A DNA stretch of 64,000 nt from Eledone cirrhosa (lineage: Eukaryota). A program made the position numbers and the translations under genes. Below the pieces are notes generated by a model that was not told the DNA's origin, made no database searches, and worked only from the letters and a program-made list of their open reading frames with translations. The stretch covers positions 29,884,001 to 29,948,000 of the forward strand of contig OZ024752.1 in the NCBI GenBank assembly GCA_964016885.1. Reading direction: 5' to 3'. Position 1 is the stretch's first letter; the number at the start of each line of letters is the position of its first letter. Below, piece after piece: positions 53,451-64,000 of this stretch.

Positions 53451-56400
53451 TGGTAGAGATGGTAATATTGTAGATGTGGGATGTGTGGTCACTGTAATAG
53501 ATTGCCAGAGATAGTAATATTGTAGATGTGGGATGTGTGGTCACCGTAATAGATTGGCAGAGATGGTTATGTTGTAGATGTGGGGTGTTTGGTCACTGTA
53601 ATAGATTGCCAGAGATGGTAATATTGTAGATGTGGGATGTGTGGTCACTGTAATAGATTGGCAGAGATGGTAATGTTGTAGATGTGGGGTGTGTGGTCAC
53701 TGTAATAGATTGCCAGAGATGGTAATATTGTAGATGTGGTATGTGAAGTCACTGTAATAGGTTGCCAGAGATGGTAATATTGTAGATGTGGGATGTGTGG
53801 TCACCGTAATAGATTGCCAGAGATGGTAATATTGTAGATGTGGGATGTGTGGTCACTGTAATAGATTGGCAGAGATGGTAATGTTGTAGATGTGGGATGT
53901 GTGGTCACTGTAATAGATTGCCAGAGATGGTAATGTTGTAGATGTGGGATGTGTGGTCACTGTAATATATTGCCAGAGATGGTAATATTGTAGATGTGGG
54001 ATGTGTGGTCACTGTAATAGATTGCCAGAGATGGTAATGTTGTAGATGTGGGATGTGAGGTCACTGTAATAGATTGGCAGAGATGGTAATATTGTAGATG
54101 TGGGATGTGTGGTCACTGTAATAGATTGCCAGAGATGGTAATTTTGTAGATGTGGGATGTGTGGTCACTGTAATAGATTGGCAGAGATGGTAATATTGTA
54201 GATGTGGGATGTGTGGTCACTGTAATAGATTGCCAGAGATGGTAATGTTGTAGATGTGGGATGTGTGGTCACTATAATAGATTGGCAGAGGTGGTAATAT
54301 TGTAGATATGGGATGTGTGGTCACTGTAATAGATTGCCAGAGATGGTAATGTTGTAGATGTGGGATGTGTGGTCACTGTAATAGATTGGCAGAGATGGTA
54401 ATGTTGTAGATGTGGGATGTGAGGTCACTGTAATAGATTGGTAGAGATGGTAATATTGTAGATGTGGGATGTGAGGTCACTGTAATAGATTGGTAGAGAT
54501 GGTAATATTGTAGATGTGGGATGTGAGGTCACTGTAATAGATTGGTAGAGATGGTAATATTGTAGATGTGGGATGTGTGGTCACTGTAATAGATTGGCAG
54601 AGATGGTAATATTGTAGATGTGGGATGTGTGGTCACTGTAATAGATTGCCAAAGATGGTAATGTTGTAGGTGTGGGATGTTTGGTCACTGTAATAGATTG
54701 GCAAAGATGGTAATATTGTAGATGTAGGATGTGTGGTCACCGTAATAGATTACCAGAGATGGTAATATTGTAGATGTGGGATGTGTGGTCACTGTAAAAG
54801 ATTGGCAGAGATGGTAATATTGTAGATGTGGGATGTGTGGTCACTGTAATAGATTGGCAGAGATGGTAATGTTGTAGATGTGGGATGTGTGGTCACTGTA
54901 ATAGATTGGCAGAGATGGTAATATTGTAGATGTGGGATGTGAGGTCACTGTAATAGATTGGCAGAGATGGTAATATTGTAGATGTGGGATGTGTGGTCAC
55001 TGTAATAGATTGGCAGAGATGGTAATGTTGTAGATGTGGGATGTGAGGTCACTGTAATAGATTGGTAGAGATGGTAATATTGTAGATGTGGGATGTGTGG
55101 TCACTGTAATAGATTGCCAGAGATGGTAATATTGTAGATGTGGGATGTGTGGTCACCGTAATAGATTGGCAGAGATGGTTATGTTGTAGATGTGGGGTGT
55201 TTGGTCACTGTAATAGATTGCCAGAGATGGTAATATTGTAGATGTGGGATGTGTGGTCACTGTAATAGATTGGCAGAGATGGTAATGTTGTAGATGTGGG
55301 GTGTGTGGTCACTGTAATAGATTGCCAGAGATGGTAATATTGTAGATGTGGTATGTGAAGTCACTGTAATAGGTTGCCAGAGATGGTAATATTGTAGATG
55401 TGGGATGTGTGGTCACCGTAATAGATTGCCAGAGATGGTAATATTGTAGATGTGGGATGTGTGGTCACTGTAATAGATTGGCAGAGATGGTAATGTTGTA
55501 GATGTGGGATGTGTGGTCACTGTAATAGATTGCCAGAGATGGTAATGTTGTAGATGTGGGATGTGTGGTCACTGTAATATATTGCCAGAGATGGTAATAT
55601 TGTAGATGTGGGATGTGTGGTCACTGTAATAGATTGCCAGAGATGGTAATGTTGTAGATGTGGGATGTGAGGTCACTGTAATAGATTGGCAGAGATGGTA
55701 ATATTGTAGATGTGGGATGTGTGGTCACTGTAATAGATTGCCAGAGATGGTAATGTTGTAGATGTGGGATGTGTGGTCACTGTAATAGATTGGCAGAGAT
55801 GGTAATATTGTAGATGTGGGATGTGTGGTCACTGTAATAGATTGCCAGAGATGGTAATGTTGTAGATGTGGAATGTGTGGTCACTATAATAGATTGGCAG
55901 AGGTGGTAATATTGTAGATATGGGATGTGTGGTCACTGTAATAGATTGCCAGAGATGGTAATGTTGTAGATGTGGGATGTGTGGTCACTGTAATAGAATG
56001 GCAGAGATGGTAATGTTGTAGATGTGGGATGTGAGGTCACTGTAATAGATTGGTAGAGATGGTAATATTGTAGATGTGGGATGTGAGGTCACTGTAATAG
56101 ATTGGTAGAGATGGTAATATTGTAGATGTGGGATGTGAGGTCACTGTAATAGATTGGTAGAGATGGTAATATTGTAGATGTGGGATGTGTGGTCACTGTA
56201 ATATATTGGCAGAGATGGTAATATTGTAGATGTGGGATGTGTGGTCACTGTAATAGATTGCCAAAGATGGTAATGTTGTAGGTGTGGGATGTTTGGTCAC
56301 TGTAATACATTGGCAAAGATGGTAATATTGTAGATGTAGGATGTGTGGTCACCGTAATAGATTACCAGAGATGGTAATATTGTAGATGTGGGATGTGTGG

Positions 56401-59400
56401 TCACTGTAATAGATTGCCAGAGATGGTAATATTGTAGATGTGGGATGTGTGGTCACTGTAATAGATTGCCAGAGATGGTAATATCGTAGATGTGGGATGT
56501 GTGGTCACTGTAATAGATTGCCAGCGATGGTAATGTTGTAGATGTGGGATGTGTGGCCACTGTAATAGATTGCCAGAGATGGTAATATTGTAGATGTGGG
56601 ATGTTTGGTCACAGTAATAGGTTGCCAGAGATGGTAATATTGTAGATGTGGGATGTGTGGTCACTGTAATAGATTGCCAGAGATGGTAATGTTGTAGATG
56701 TGGGATGTGTGGTCACTGTAATAGATTGCCAGAGATGGTAATGTTGTAGATGTGGGATGTGTGGCCACTGTAATAGATTGCCAGAGATGGTAATATTGTA
56801 GATGTGGGATGTGTGGTCACTGTAATAGATTGCCAGAGATGGTAATGTTGTAGATGTGGGATGTGTGGTCACTGTAATAGATTGCCAGAGATGGTAATAT
56901 TGTAGATGTGGGATGTGTGGTCACTGTAATAGATTGCCAGAGATGGTAATATTGTAGATGTGGGATGTGTGGTCACTGTAATAGATTGCCAGAGATGGTA
57001 ATGTTGTAGATGTGGGATGTGTGGTCACTGTAATAGATTGCCAGAGATGGTAATATTGTAGATGTGGGATGTGTGGTCACCGTAATAGATTGGCAGAGAT
57101 GGTAATATTGTAGATGTGGGATGTGTGGTCACTGTAAAAGATTGGCAGTGATGGTAATATTGTAGATGTGGGATGTGTGGTCACTGTAATAGATTGGCAG
57201 AGATGGTAATGTTGTAGATGTGGGATGTGTGGTCACTGTAATAGATTGGCAGAGATGGTAATATTGTAGATGTGGGATGTGAGGTCACTGTAATAGATTG
57301 GCAGAGATGGTAATATTGTAGATGTGGGATGTGTGGTCACTGTAATAGATTGCCAGAGATGGTAATGTTGTAGATGTGGGATGTGTGGTCACTGTAATAG
57401 ATTGGCAGAGATGGTAATGTTGTAGATGTGGGATGTGAGGTCACTGTAATAGATTGGTAGAGATGGTAATATTGTAGATGTGGGATGTGTGGTCACTGTA
57501 ATAGATTGGCAGAGATGGTAATATTGTAGATGTGGGATGTGTGGTCACTGTAATAGATTGCCAGAGATGGTAATGTTGTAGGTGTGGGATGTGTGGTCAC
57601 TGTAATAGATTGGCAAAGATGGTAATATTGTAGATGTAGGATGTGTGGTCACCGTAATAGATTGCCAGAGATGGTAATATTGTAGATGTGGGATGTGTGG
57701 TCACTGTAATAGATTGGCAGAGATGGTAATATTGTAGATGTGGGATGTGAGGTCACTGTAATAGATTGGCAGAGATGGTAATATTGTAGATGTGGGATGT
57801 GTGGTCACTGTAATAGATTGGCAGAGATGGTAATGTTGTAGATGTGGGATGTGAGGTCACTGTAATAGATTGGTAGAGATGGTAATATTGTAGATGTGGG
57901 ATGTGTGGTCACTGTAATAGATTGCCAGAGATGGTAATATTGTAGATGTGGGATGTGTGGTCACCGTAATAGATTGGCAGAGATGGTTATGTTGTAGATG
58001 TGGGGTGTTTGGTCACTGTAATAGATTGCCAGAGATGGTAATATTGTAGATGTGGGATGTGTGGTCACTGTAATAGATTGGCAGAGATGGTAATGTTGTA
58101 GATGTGGGGTGTGTGGTCACTGTAATAGATTGCCAGAGATGGTAATATTGTAGATGTGGTATGTGAAGTCACTGTAATAGGTTGCCAGAGATGGTAATAT
58201 TGTAGATGTGGGATGTGTGGTCACCGTAATAGATTGCCAGAGATGGTAATATTGTAGATGTGGGATGTGTGGTCACTGTAATAGATTGGCAGAGATGGTA
58301 ATGTTGTAGATGTGGGATGTGTGGTCACTGTAATAGATTGCCAGAGATGGTAATGTTGTAGATGTGGGATGTGTGGTCACTGTAATATATTGCCAGAGAT
58401 GGTAATATTGTAGATGTGGGATGTGTGGTCACTGTAATAGATTGCCAGAGATGGTAATGTTGTAGATGTGGGATGTGAGGTCACTGTAATAGATTGGCAG
58501 AGATGGTAATATTGTAGATGTGGGATGTGTGGTCACTGTAATAGATTGCCAGAGATGGTAATGTTGTAGATGTGGGATGTGTGGTCACTGTAATAGATTG
58601 GCAGAGATGGTAATATTGTAGATGTGGGATGTGTGGTCACTGTAATAGATTGCCAGAGATGGTAATGTTGTAGATGTGGGATGTGTGGTCACTATAATAG
58701 ATTGGCAGAGGTGGTAATATTGTAGATATGGGATGTGTGGTCACTGTAATAGATTGCCAGACATGGTAATGTTGTAGATGTGGGATGTGTGGTCACTGTA
58801 ATAGATTGGCAGAGATGGTAATGTTGTAGATGTGGGATGTGAGGTCACTGTAATAGATTGGTAGAGATGGTAATATTGTAGATGTGGGATGTGAGGTCAC
58901 TGTAATAGATTGGTAGAGATGGTAATATTGTAGATGTGGGATGTGAAGTCACTGTAATAGATTGGTAGAGATGGTAATATTGTAGATGTGGGATGTGTGG
59001 TCACTGTAATAGATTGGCAGAGATGGTAATATTGTAGATGTGGGATGTGTGGTCACTGTAATAGATTGCCAAAGATGGTAATGTTGTAGGTGTGGGATGT
59101 TTGGTCACTGTAATACATTGGCAAAGATGGTAATATTGTAGGTGTAGGATGTGTGGTCACCGTAATAGATTACCAGAGATGGTAATATTGTAGATGTGGG
59201 ATGTGTGGTCACTGTAATAGATTGCCAGAGATGGTAATATTGTAGATGTGGGATGTGTGGTCACTGTAATAGATTGCCAGAGATGGTAATATCGTAGATG
59301 TGGGATGTGTGGTCACTGTAATAGATTGCCAGCGATGGTAATGTTGTAGATGTGGGATGTGTGGCCACTGTAATAGATTGCCAGAGATGGTAATATTGTA

Positions 59401-62400
59401 GATGTGGGATGTTTGGTCACAGTAATAGGTTGCCAGAGATGGTAATATTGTAGATGTGGGATGTGTGGTCACTGTAATAGATTGCCAGAGATGGTAATGT
59501 TGTAGATGTGGGATGTGTGGTCACTGTAATAGATTGCCAGAGATGGTAATGTTGTAGATGTGGGATGTGTGGCCACTGTAATAGATTGCCAGAGATGGTA
59601 ATATTGTAGATGTGGGATGTGTGGTCACTGTAATAGATTGCCAGAGATGGTAATGTTGTAGATGTGGGATGTGTGGTCACTGTAATAGATTGCCAGAGAT
59701 GGTAATATTGTAGATGTGGTATGTGTGGTCACTGTAATAGATTGCCAGAGATGGTAATATTGTAGATGTGGGATGTGTGGTCACTGTAATAGATTGCCAG
59801 AGATGGTAATGTTGTAGATGTGGGATGTGTGGTCACTGTAATAGATTGCCAGAGATGGTAATATTGTAGATGTGGGATGTGTGGTCACCGTAATAGATTG
59901 GCAGAGATGGTAATATTGTAGATGTGGGATGTGTGGTCACTGTAAAAGATTGGCAGTGATGGTAATATTGTAGATGTGGGATGTGTGGTCACTGTAATAG
60001 ATTGGCAGAGATGGTAATGTTGTAGATGTGGGATGTGTGGTCACTGTAATAGATTGGCAGAGATGGTAATATTGTAGATGTGGGATGTGAGGTCACTGTA
60101 ATAGATTGGCAGAGATGGTAATATTGTAGATGTGGGATGTGTGGTCACTGTAATAGATTGCCAGAGATGGTAATGTTGTAGATGTGGGATGTGTGGTCAC
60201 TGTAATAGATTGGCAGAGATGGTAATGTTGTAGATGTGGGATGTGAGGTCACTGTAATAGATTGGTAGAGATGGTAATATTGTAGATGTGGGATGTGTGG
60301 TCACTGTAATAGATTGGCAGAGATGGTAATATTGTAGATGTGGGATGTGTGGTCACTGTAATAGATTGCCAGAGATGGTAATGTTGTAGGTGTGGGATGT
60401 GTGGTCACTGTAATAGATTGGCAAAGATGGTAATATTGTAGATGTAGGATGTGTGGTCACCGTAATAGATTGCCAGAGATGGTAATATTGTAGATGTGGG
60501 ATGTGTGGTCACTGTAATAGATTGCCAGAGATGGTAATATTGTAGATGTGGGATGTGTGGTCACTGTAATAGATTGCCAGAGATGGTAATATCGTAGATG
60601 TGGGATGTGTGGTCACTGTAATAGATTGCCAGCGATGGTAATGTTGTAGATGTGGGATGTGTGGCCACTGTAATAGATTGCCAGAGATGGTAATATTGTA
60701 GATGTGGGATGTTTGGTCACAGTAATAGGTTGCCAGAGATGGTAATATTGTAGATGTGGGATGTGTGGTCACTGTAATAGATTGCCAGAGATGGTAATGT
60801 TGTAGATGTGGGATGTGTGGTCACTGTAATAGATTGCCAGAGATGGTAATGTTGTAGATGTGGGATGTGTGGCCACTGTAATAGATTGCCAGAGATGGTA
60901 ATATTGTAGATGTGGGATGTGTGGTCACTGTAATAGATTGCCAGAGATGGTAATGTTGTAGATGTGGGATGTGTGGTCACTGTAATAGATTGCCAGAGAT
61001 GGTAATATTGTAGATGTGGGATGTGTGGTCACTGTAATAGATTGCCAGAGATGGTAATATTGTAGATGTGGGATGTGTGGTCACTGTAATAGATTGCCAG
61101 AGATGGTAATGTTGTAGATGTGGGATGTGTGGTCACTGTAATAGATTGCCAGAGATGGTAATATTGTAGATGTGGGATGTGTGGTCACCGTAATAGATTG
61201 GCAGAGATGGTAATATTGTAGATGTGGGATGTGTGGTCACTGTAAAAGATTGGCAGTGATGGTAATATTGTAGATGTGGGATGTGTGGTCACTGTAATAG
61301 ATTGGCAGAGATGATAATGTTGTAGATGTGGGATGTGTGGTCACTGTAATAGATTGGCAGAGATGGTAATATTGTAGATGTGGGATGTGAGGTCACTGTA
61401 ATAGATTGGCAGAGATGGTAATATTGTAGATGTGGGATGTGTGGTCACTGTAATAGATTGCCAGAGATGGTAATGTTGTAGATGTGGGATGTGTGGTCAC
61501 TGTAATAGATTGGCAGAGATGGTAATGTTGTAGATGTGGGATGTGAGGTCACTGTAATAGATTGGTAGAGATGGTAATATTGTAGATGTGGGATGTGTGG
61601 TCACTGTAATAGATTGGCAGAGATGGTAATATTGTAGATGTGGGATGTGTGGTCACTGTAATAGATTGCCAGAGATGGTAATGTTGTAGGTGTGGGATGT
61701 GTGGTCACTGTAATAGATTGGCAAAGATGGTAATATTGTAGATGTAGGATGTGTGGTCACCGTAATAGATTGCCAGAGATGGTAATATTGTAGATGTGGG
61801 ATGTGTGGTCACTGTAATAGATTGGCAGAGATGGTAATATTGTAGATGTGGGATGTGAGGTCACTGTAATAGATTGGCAGAGATGGTAATATTGTAGATG
61901 TGGGATGTGTGGTCACTGTAATAGATTGGCAGAGATGGTAATGTTGTAGATGTGGGATGTGAGGTCACTGTAATAGATTGGTAGAGATGGTAATGTTGTA
62001 GATGTGGGATGTGTGGTCACCGTAATAGATTGGCAGAGATGGTTATGTTGTAGATGTGGGGTGTTTGGTCACTGTAATAGATTGCCAGAGATGGTAATAT
62101 TGTAGATGTGGGATGTGTGGTCACTGTAATAGATTGGCAGAGATGGTAATGTTGTAGATGTGGGGTGTGTGGTCACTGTAATAGATTGCCAGAGATGGTA
62201 ATATTGTAGATGTGGTATGTGAAGTCACTGTAATAGGTTGCCAGAGATGGTAATATTGTAGATGTGGGATGTGTGGTCACCGTAATAGATTGCCAGAGAT
62301 GGTAATATTGTAGATGTGGGATGTGTGGTCACTGTAATAGATTGGCAGAGATGGTAATGTTGTAGATGTGGGATGTGTGGTCACTGTAATAGATTGCCAG

Positions 62401-64000
62401 AGATGGTAATGTTGTAGATGTGGGATGTGTGGTCACTGTAATATATTGCCAGAGATGGTAATATTGTAGATGTGGGATGTGTGGTCACTGTAATAGATTG
62501 CCAGAGATGGTAATGTTGTAGATGTGGGATGTGAGGTCACTGTAATAGATTGGCAGAGATGGTAATATTGTAGATGTGGGATGTGTGGTCACTGTAATAG
62601 ATTGCCAGAGATGGTAATGTTGTAGATGTGGGATGTGTGGTCACTGTAATAGATTGGCAGAGATGGTAATATTGTAGATGTGGGATGTGTGGTCACTGTA
62701 ATAGATTGCCAGAGATGGTAATGTTGTAGATGTGGGATGTGTGGTCACTATAATAGATTGGCAGAGGTGGTAATATTGTAGATATGGGATGTGTGGTCAC
62801 TGTAATAGATTGCCAGAGATGGTAATGTTGTAGATGTGGGATGTGTGGTCACTGTAATAGATTGGCAGAGATGGTAATGTTGTAGATGTGGGATGTGAGG
62901 TCACTGTAATAGATTGGTAGAGATGGTAATATTGTAGATGTGGGATGTGAGGTCACTGTAATAGATTGGTAGAGATGGTAATATTGTAGATGTGGGATGT
63001 GAGGTCACTGTAATAGATTGGTAGAGATGGTAATATTGTAGATGTGGGATGTGTGGTCACTGTAATAGATTGGCAGAGATGGTAATATTGTAGATGTGGG
63101 ATGTGTGGTCACTGTAATAGATTGCCAAAGATGGTAATGTTGTAGGTGTGGGATGTTTGGTCACTGTAATACATTGGCAAAGATGGTAATATTGTAGGTG
63201 TAGGATGTGTGGTCACCGTAATAGATTACCAGAGATGGTAATATTGTAGATGTGGGATGTGTGGTCACTGTAATAGATTGCCAGAGATGGTAATATTGTA
63301 GATGTGGGATGTGTGGTCACTGTAATAGATTGCCAGAGATGGTAATATCGTAGATGTGGGATGTGTGGTCACTGTAATAGATTGCCAGCGATGGTAATGT
63401 TGTAGATGTGGGATGTGTGGCCACTGTAATAGATTGCCAGAGATGGTAATATTGTAGATGTGGGATGTTTGGTCACAGTAATAGGTTGCCAGAGATGGTA
63501 ATATTGTAGATGTGGGATGTGTGGTCACTGTAATAGATTGCCAGAGATGGTAATGTTGTAGATGTGGGATGTGTGGTCACTGTAATAGATTGCCAGAGAT
63601 GGTAATGTTGTAGATGTGGGATCTGTGGCCACTGTAATAGATTGCCAGAGATGGTAATATTGTAGATGTGGGATGTGTGGTCACTGTAATAGATTGCCAG
63701 AGATGGTAATGTTGTAGATGTGGGATGTGAGGTCACTGTAATAGATTGGTAGAGATGGTAATATTGTAGATGTGGGATGTGTGGTCACTGTAATAGATTG
63801 GCAGAGATGGTAATATTGTAGATGTGGGATGTGTGGTCACTGTAATAGATTGCCAGAGATGGTAATGTTGTAGGTGTGGGATGTGTGGTCACTGTAATAG
63901 ATTGGCAAAGATGGTAATATTGTAGATGTAGGATGTGTGGTCACCGTAATAGATTGCCAGAGATGGTAATATTGTAGATGTGGGATGTGTGGTCACTGTA
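53450..64000 (+). repeat. Distal higher-order domain with private variants; duplication offsets of 31, 54, 25 and 53 monomers
   Basis: TGTAATATATTG at 53961, 55573, 58381 and 62437. TGTAAAAGATTGGCAGTGAT at 57133, 59941 and 61241. Identical ORFs at 56401, 59209, 60509 and 63265. Confidence 0.88.

Larger units (their letters stand above)
1..64000 (+). repeat. 52-bp tandem repeat array (satellite DNA), ~1,230 head-to-tail monomers, single orientation, truncated by both window ends
   Basis: Consensus ATGGTAATATTGTAGATGTGGGATGTGTGGTCACTGTAATAGATTGCCAGAG (52 nt) is readable from position 1 to the end. Nearly all ORF-track low coordinates (the recurring TCA) fall at 31, 32 or 33 mod 52, which confirms the period. 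Most monomers differ from consensus by only 0-3 substitutions. Confidence 0.99.

Noticed and set aside
291-63736. The many minus-strand ORFs of 70-243 aa (MTTHPTSTILPSLAIYYSDHTSHIYNITISGNLLQ...)
   Set aside because: They are translations of the 52-bp repeat, whose period is not a multiple of 3, and they overlap each other in different frames. Most start at GTG within the repeat, and most lengths (87, 139, 243 aa) simply step by 52 aa as the recurring TGA is lost. No recognisable domain.
1-64000. CRISPR array
   Set aside because: No unique spacers (the whole 52 bp is conserved), no leader and no cas genes in the window.
1-64000. C2H2 zinc-finger or mucin-type coding tandem repeat
   Set aside because: The period is not 84 bp or any multiple of 3, there is no CxxC...HxxxH/TGEKP pattern, and the + strand has TAA/TAG stops in every monomer.
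1-64000. Directly telomerase-templated repeat
   Set aside because: The unit is much longer than the telomerase repeats I know of, and rare variants are inherited in multi-kb blocks, which template-by-template synthesis would not produce.
1-64000. Canonical G-quadruplex array
   Set aside because: Only one GGG run per 52 bp. At most weak two-tier structures from GG runs are possible.
1-64000. Embedded transposon, inversion or unique-sequence island
   Set aside because: None seen on reading through, and the 52-bp register is preserved end to end apart from two 1-bp shifts.
1-64000. Rolling-circle concatemer or sequencing artefact of a single small circle
   Set aside because: Nested, irregular duplications with hierarchically shared mutations indicate evolutionary history, not repeated copying of one template. 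Local mis-assembly cannot be excluded.

Overview
The whole 64,000-bp window is one uninterrupted head-to-tail tandem array (satellite/large minisatellite DNA, most likely eukaryotic) of a 52-bp monomer, consensus ATGGTAAT(A/G)TTGTAGATGTGGGATGTGTGGTCACTGTAATAGATTG(C/G)CAGAG, about 1,230 copies, all in one orientation and running off both ends. I see no unique sequence, no credible gene, RNA gene, transposon or CRISPR spacer. All listed ORFs are minus-strand by-products of the repeat. The informative structure lies in the variants. The register shifts only twice (two 1-bp insertions near 5.28 and 6.02 kb). Rare substitutions reveal nested duplications of 5, 6, 8, 25, 27, 38-47, 52, 54, 59, 77, 151/203/230 and ~527 monomers. 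The monomer has a strong G/T strand bias with a telomere-like core (GATGTGGGATGTGTGG) and an imperfect dyad symmetry around a GAGA loop. I could not identify a new protein-coding system, and the functional ideas (telomeric or centromeric role, structured RNA) are hypotheses only.
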